Source of the DNA: Candidatus Latescibacterota bacterium | GTDB taxonomy: Bacteria; Latescibacterota; UBA2968; GCA-2709665 | DNA: 64,000 nucleotides | Assembly: GCA_965237675.1 (NCBI GenBank) | Contig: OZ250150.1 | Coordinates: forward strand, 4,352,001 to 4,416,000 | Direction of reading: 5' to 3' | Shown here: positions 63,150 to 64,000 of the stretch, one piece after another | Layout of the letters: the number at the start of each line of letters is the position of its first letter | How positions within the stretch are numbered: position 1 is the stretch's first letter | Translations under genes and position numbers: made by a program | The notes under the pieces: generated by a model | The model's input: only the letters and a program-made list of their open reading frames with translations | What the model was told of the DNA's origin: nothing | Databases searched by the model: none

Positions 63150-63959
63150 GACAATTCCGGGCCTGGAAGCCCTCGCGAACGAACTCATCGAAGCCGTTCG
63201 CACGCGCGACTACCAGAAAACCGCGCAGCTTGTCCACAGTGCTCCCGAACGCGTAAACTTCAGCAATGCCAACGGCACCACAGCCCTTCACAAGGCGGTT
63301 GCGGCCGGCGACTTCCATTCGGTGCGCCTGCTCCTGGACAACGGGGCCGACATTCAAGCCCAGGCCGACACGGGCTTCAGCGCGGGACAGAGTGCCGATC
63401 TCCATCGCATCGCGCCGGGGACATCAAGAAATCGTGGGACTCCTGCTCGAACGACCTGAAGGGCGTCGAAGACTTACTGAAACGAAATCCGAAGGAGATC
63501 GAGAACGCGAATCTCGGCAATCCCGCGCGACGTGGAAGGCTGGCTATGGTTAAACTGCTCGTGAAATACGGCTCCGCCGTCGCCAATGCGAACCACGGCA
63601 CGTTCTACCGTGTATATGAAACGGCGAGATACTTCCTCGAGAACGGGGCGGATCCCAATTACAGGAACTGGCTGGGAATCTCCTCGCTGTATCTGATCGC
63701 GGACGAGGGTGACGTGGACCGGGCAGGGCTGCTACTGGACTTCGGAGCGGAAATAAACGCATTGGAACCCGAGTACTGCGCCACGGCCCTGGGGCTGGCG
63801 AGCAGAGCCGCCCACCGGGAAATGGTCGAGTTTCTCCTGGCGCTCGGAGCGGACCCGAACCTTCCGAAGGAAGAGCCCCGGGCTACACCCCTCGCCTGGG
63901 CGGTAAAGAAAGGACACGCCGAAATCGCCCGGATCTTGCGAAGACACGGCGCCACGTAG
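63150..63959 (+). pseudogene. Ankyrin-repeat gene in several frames (fragmented)
   Basis: GTTALHKAV...VRLLLDNGADI; GHQEIVGLLL; GADPN..., TPLAWAVKKGH in different frames. Confidence 0.7.
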
Positions 63960-64000
63960 CGGGTTGATACTGGCCGGTTCAAAAGGGCGAAGGCGCGTTA

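Overview
GC-rich bacterial chromosome segment. Gene content and order suggest a Gram-negative FCB-group organism (Latescibacterota/Gemmatimonadota-like); this is an inference. The window has four parts. (1) 1-23.3 kb is housekeeping: an NtrC-type regulator 3' end, an Omp85-like barrel, ahcY-metK-ptsI-ptsH, a group II GGGP synthase, alaS-recX-recA-thpR-pgpA-pgsA-recR-ybaB-dnaX, a large Alu-type SRP RNA, tRNA-Ala/Ser/Ser/Asn and tadA, plus a small islet (ankyrin, NYN) between the two Ser tRNAs. (2) About 23.3-40 kb, downstream of tRNA-Asn, is an integrase-less accessory region packed with intact and decayed toxin-antitoxin modules. It also holds a CPA2 antiporter, a coupled transglycosylase-like + nucleotidyltransferase operon and a dense non-coding repeat cluster at 26.5-28.4 kb. 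That cluster contains a repeated structured element with constant flanks and a fixed-length (64 nt) variable core. (3) 40-47 kb holds coaE, hflKC, a pfkB pseudogene and recG. (4) 47-64 kb holds an unusual SLBB/PDG-repeat/CAP lipoprotein, a MITE, an imuA-imuB-dnaE2-SRAP SOS mutagenesis cassette whose promoter palindrome resembles that of recA, and MATE, TPR, GNAT, YfcE and ankyrin genes. I found no CRISPR array, rRNA or intact integrase/transposase.
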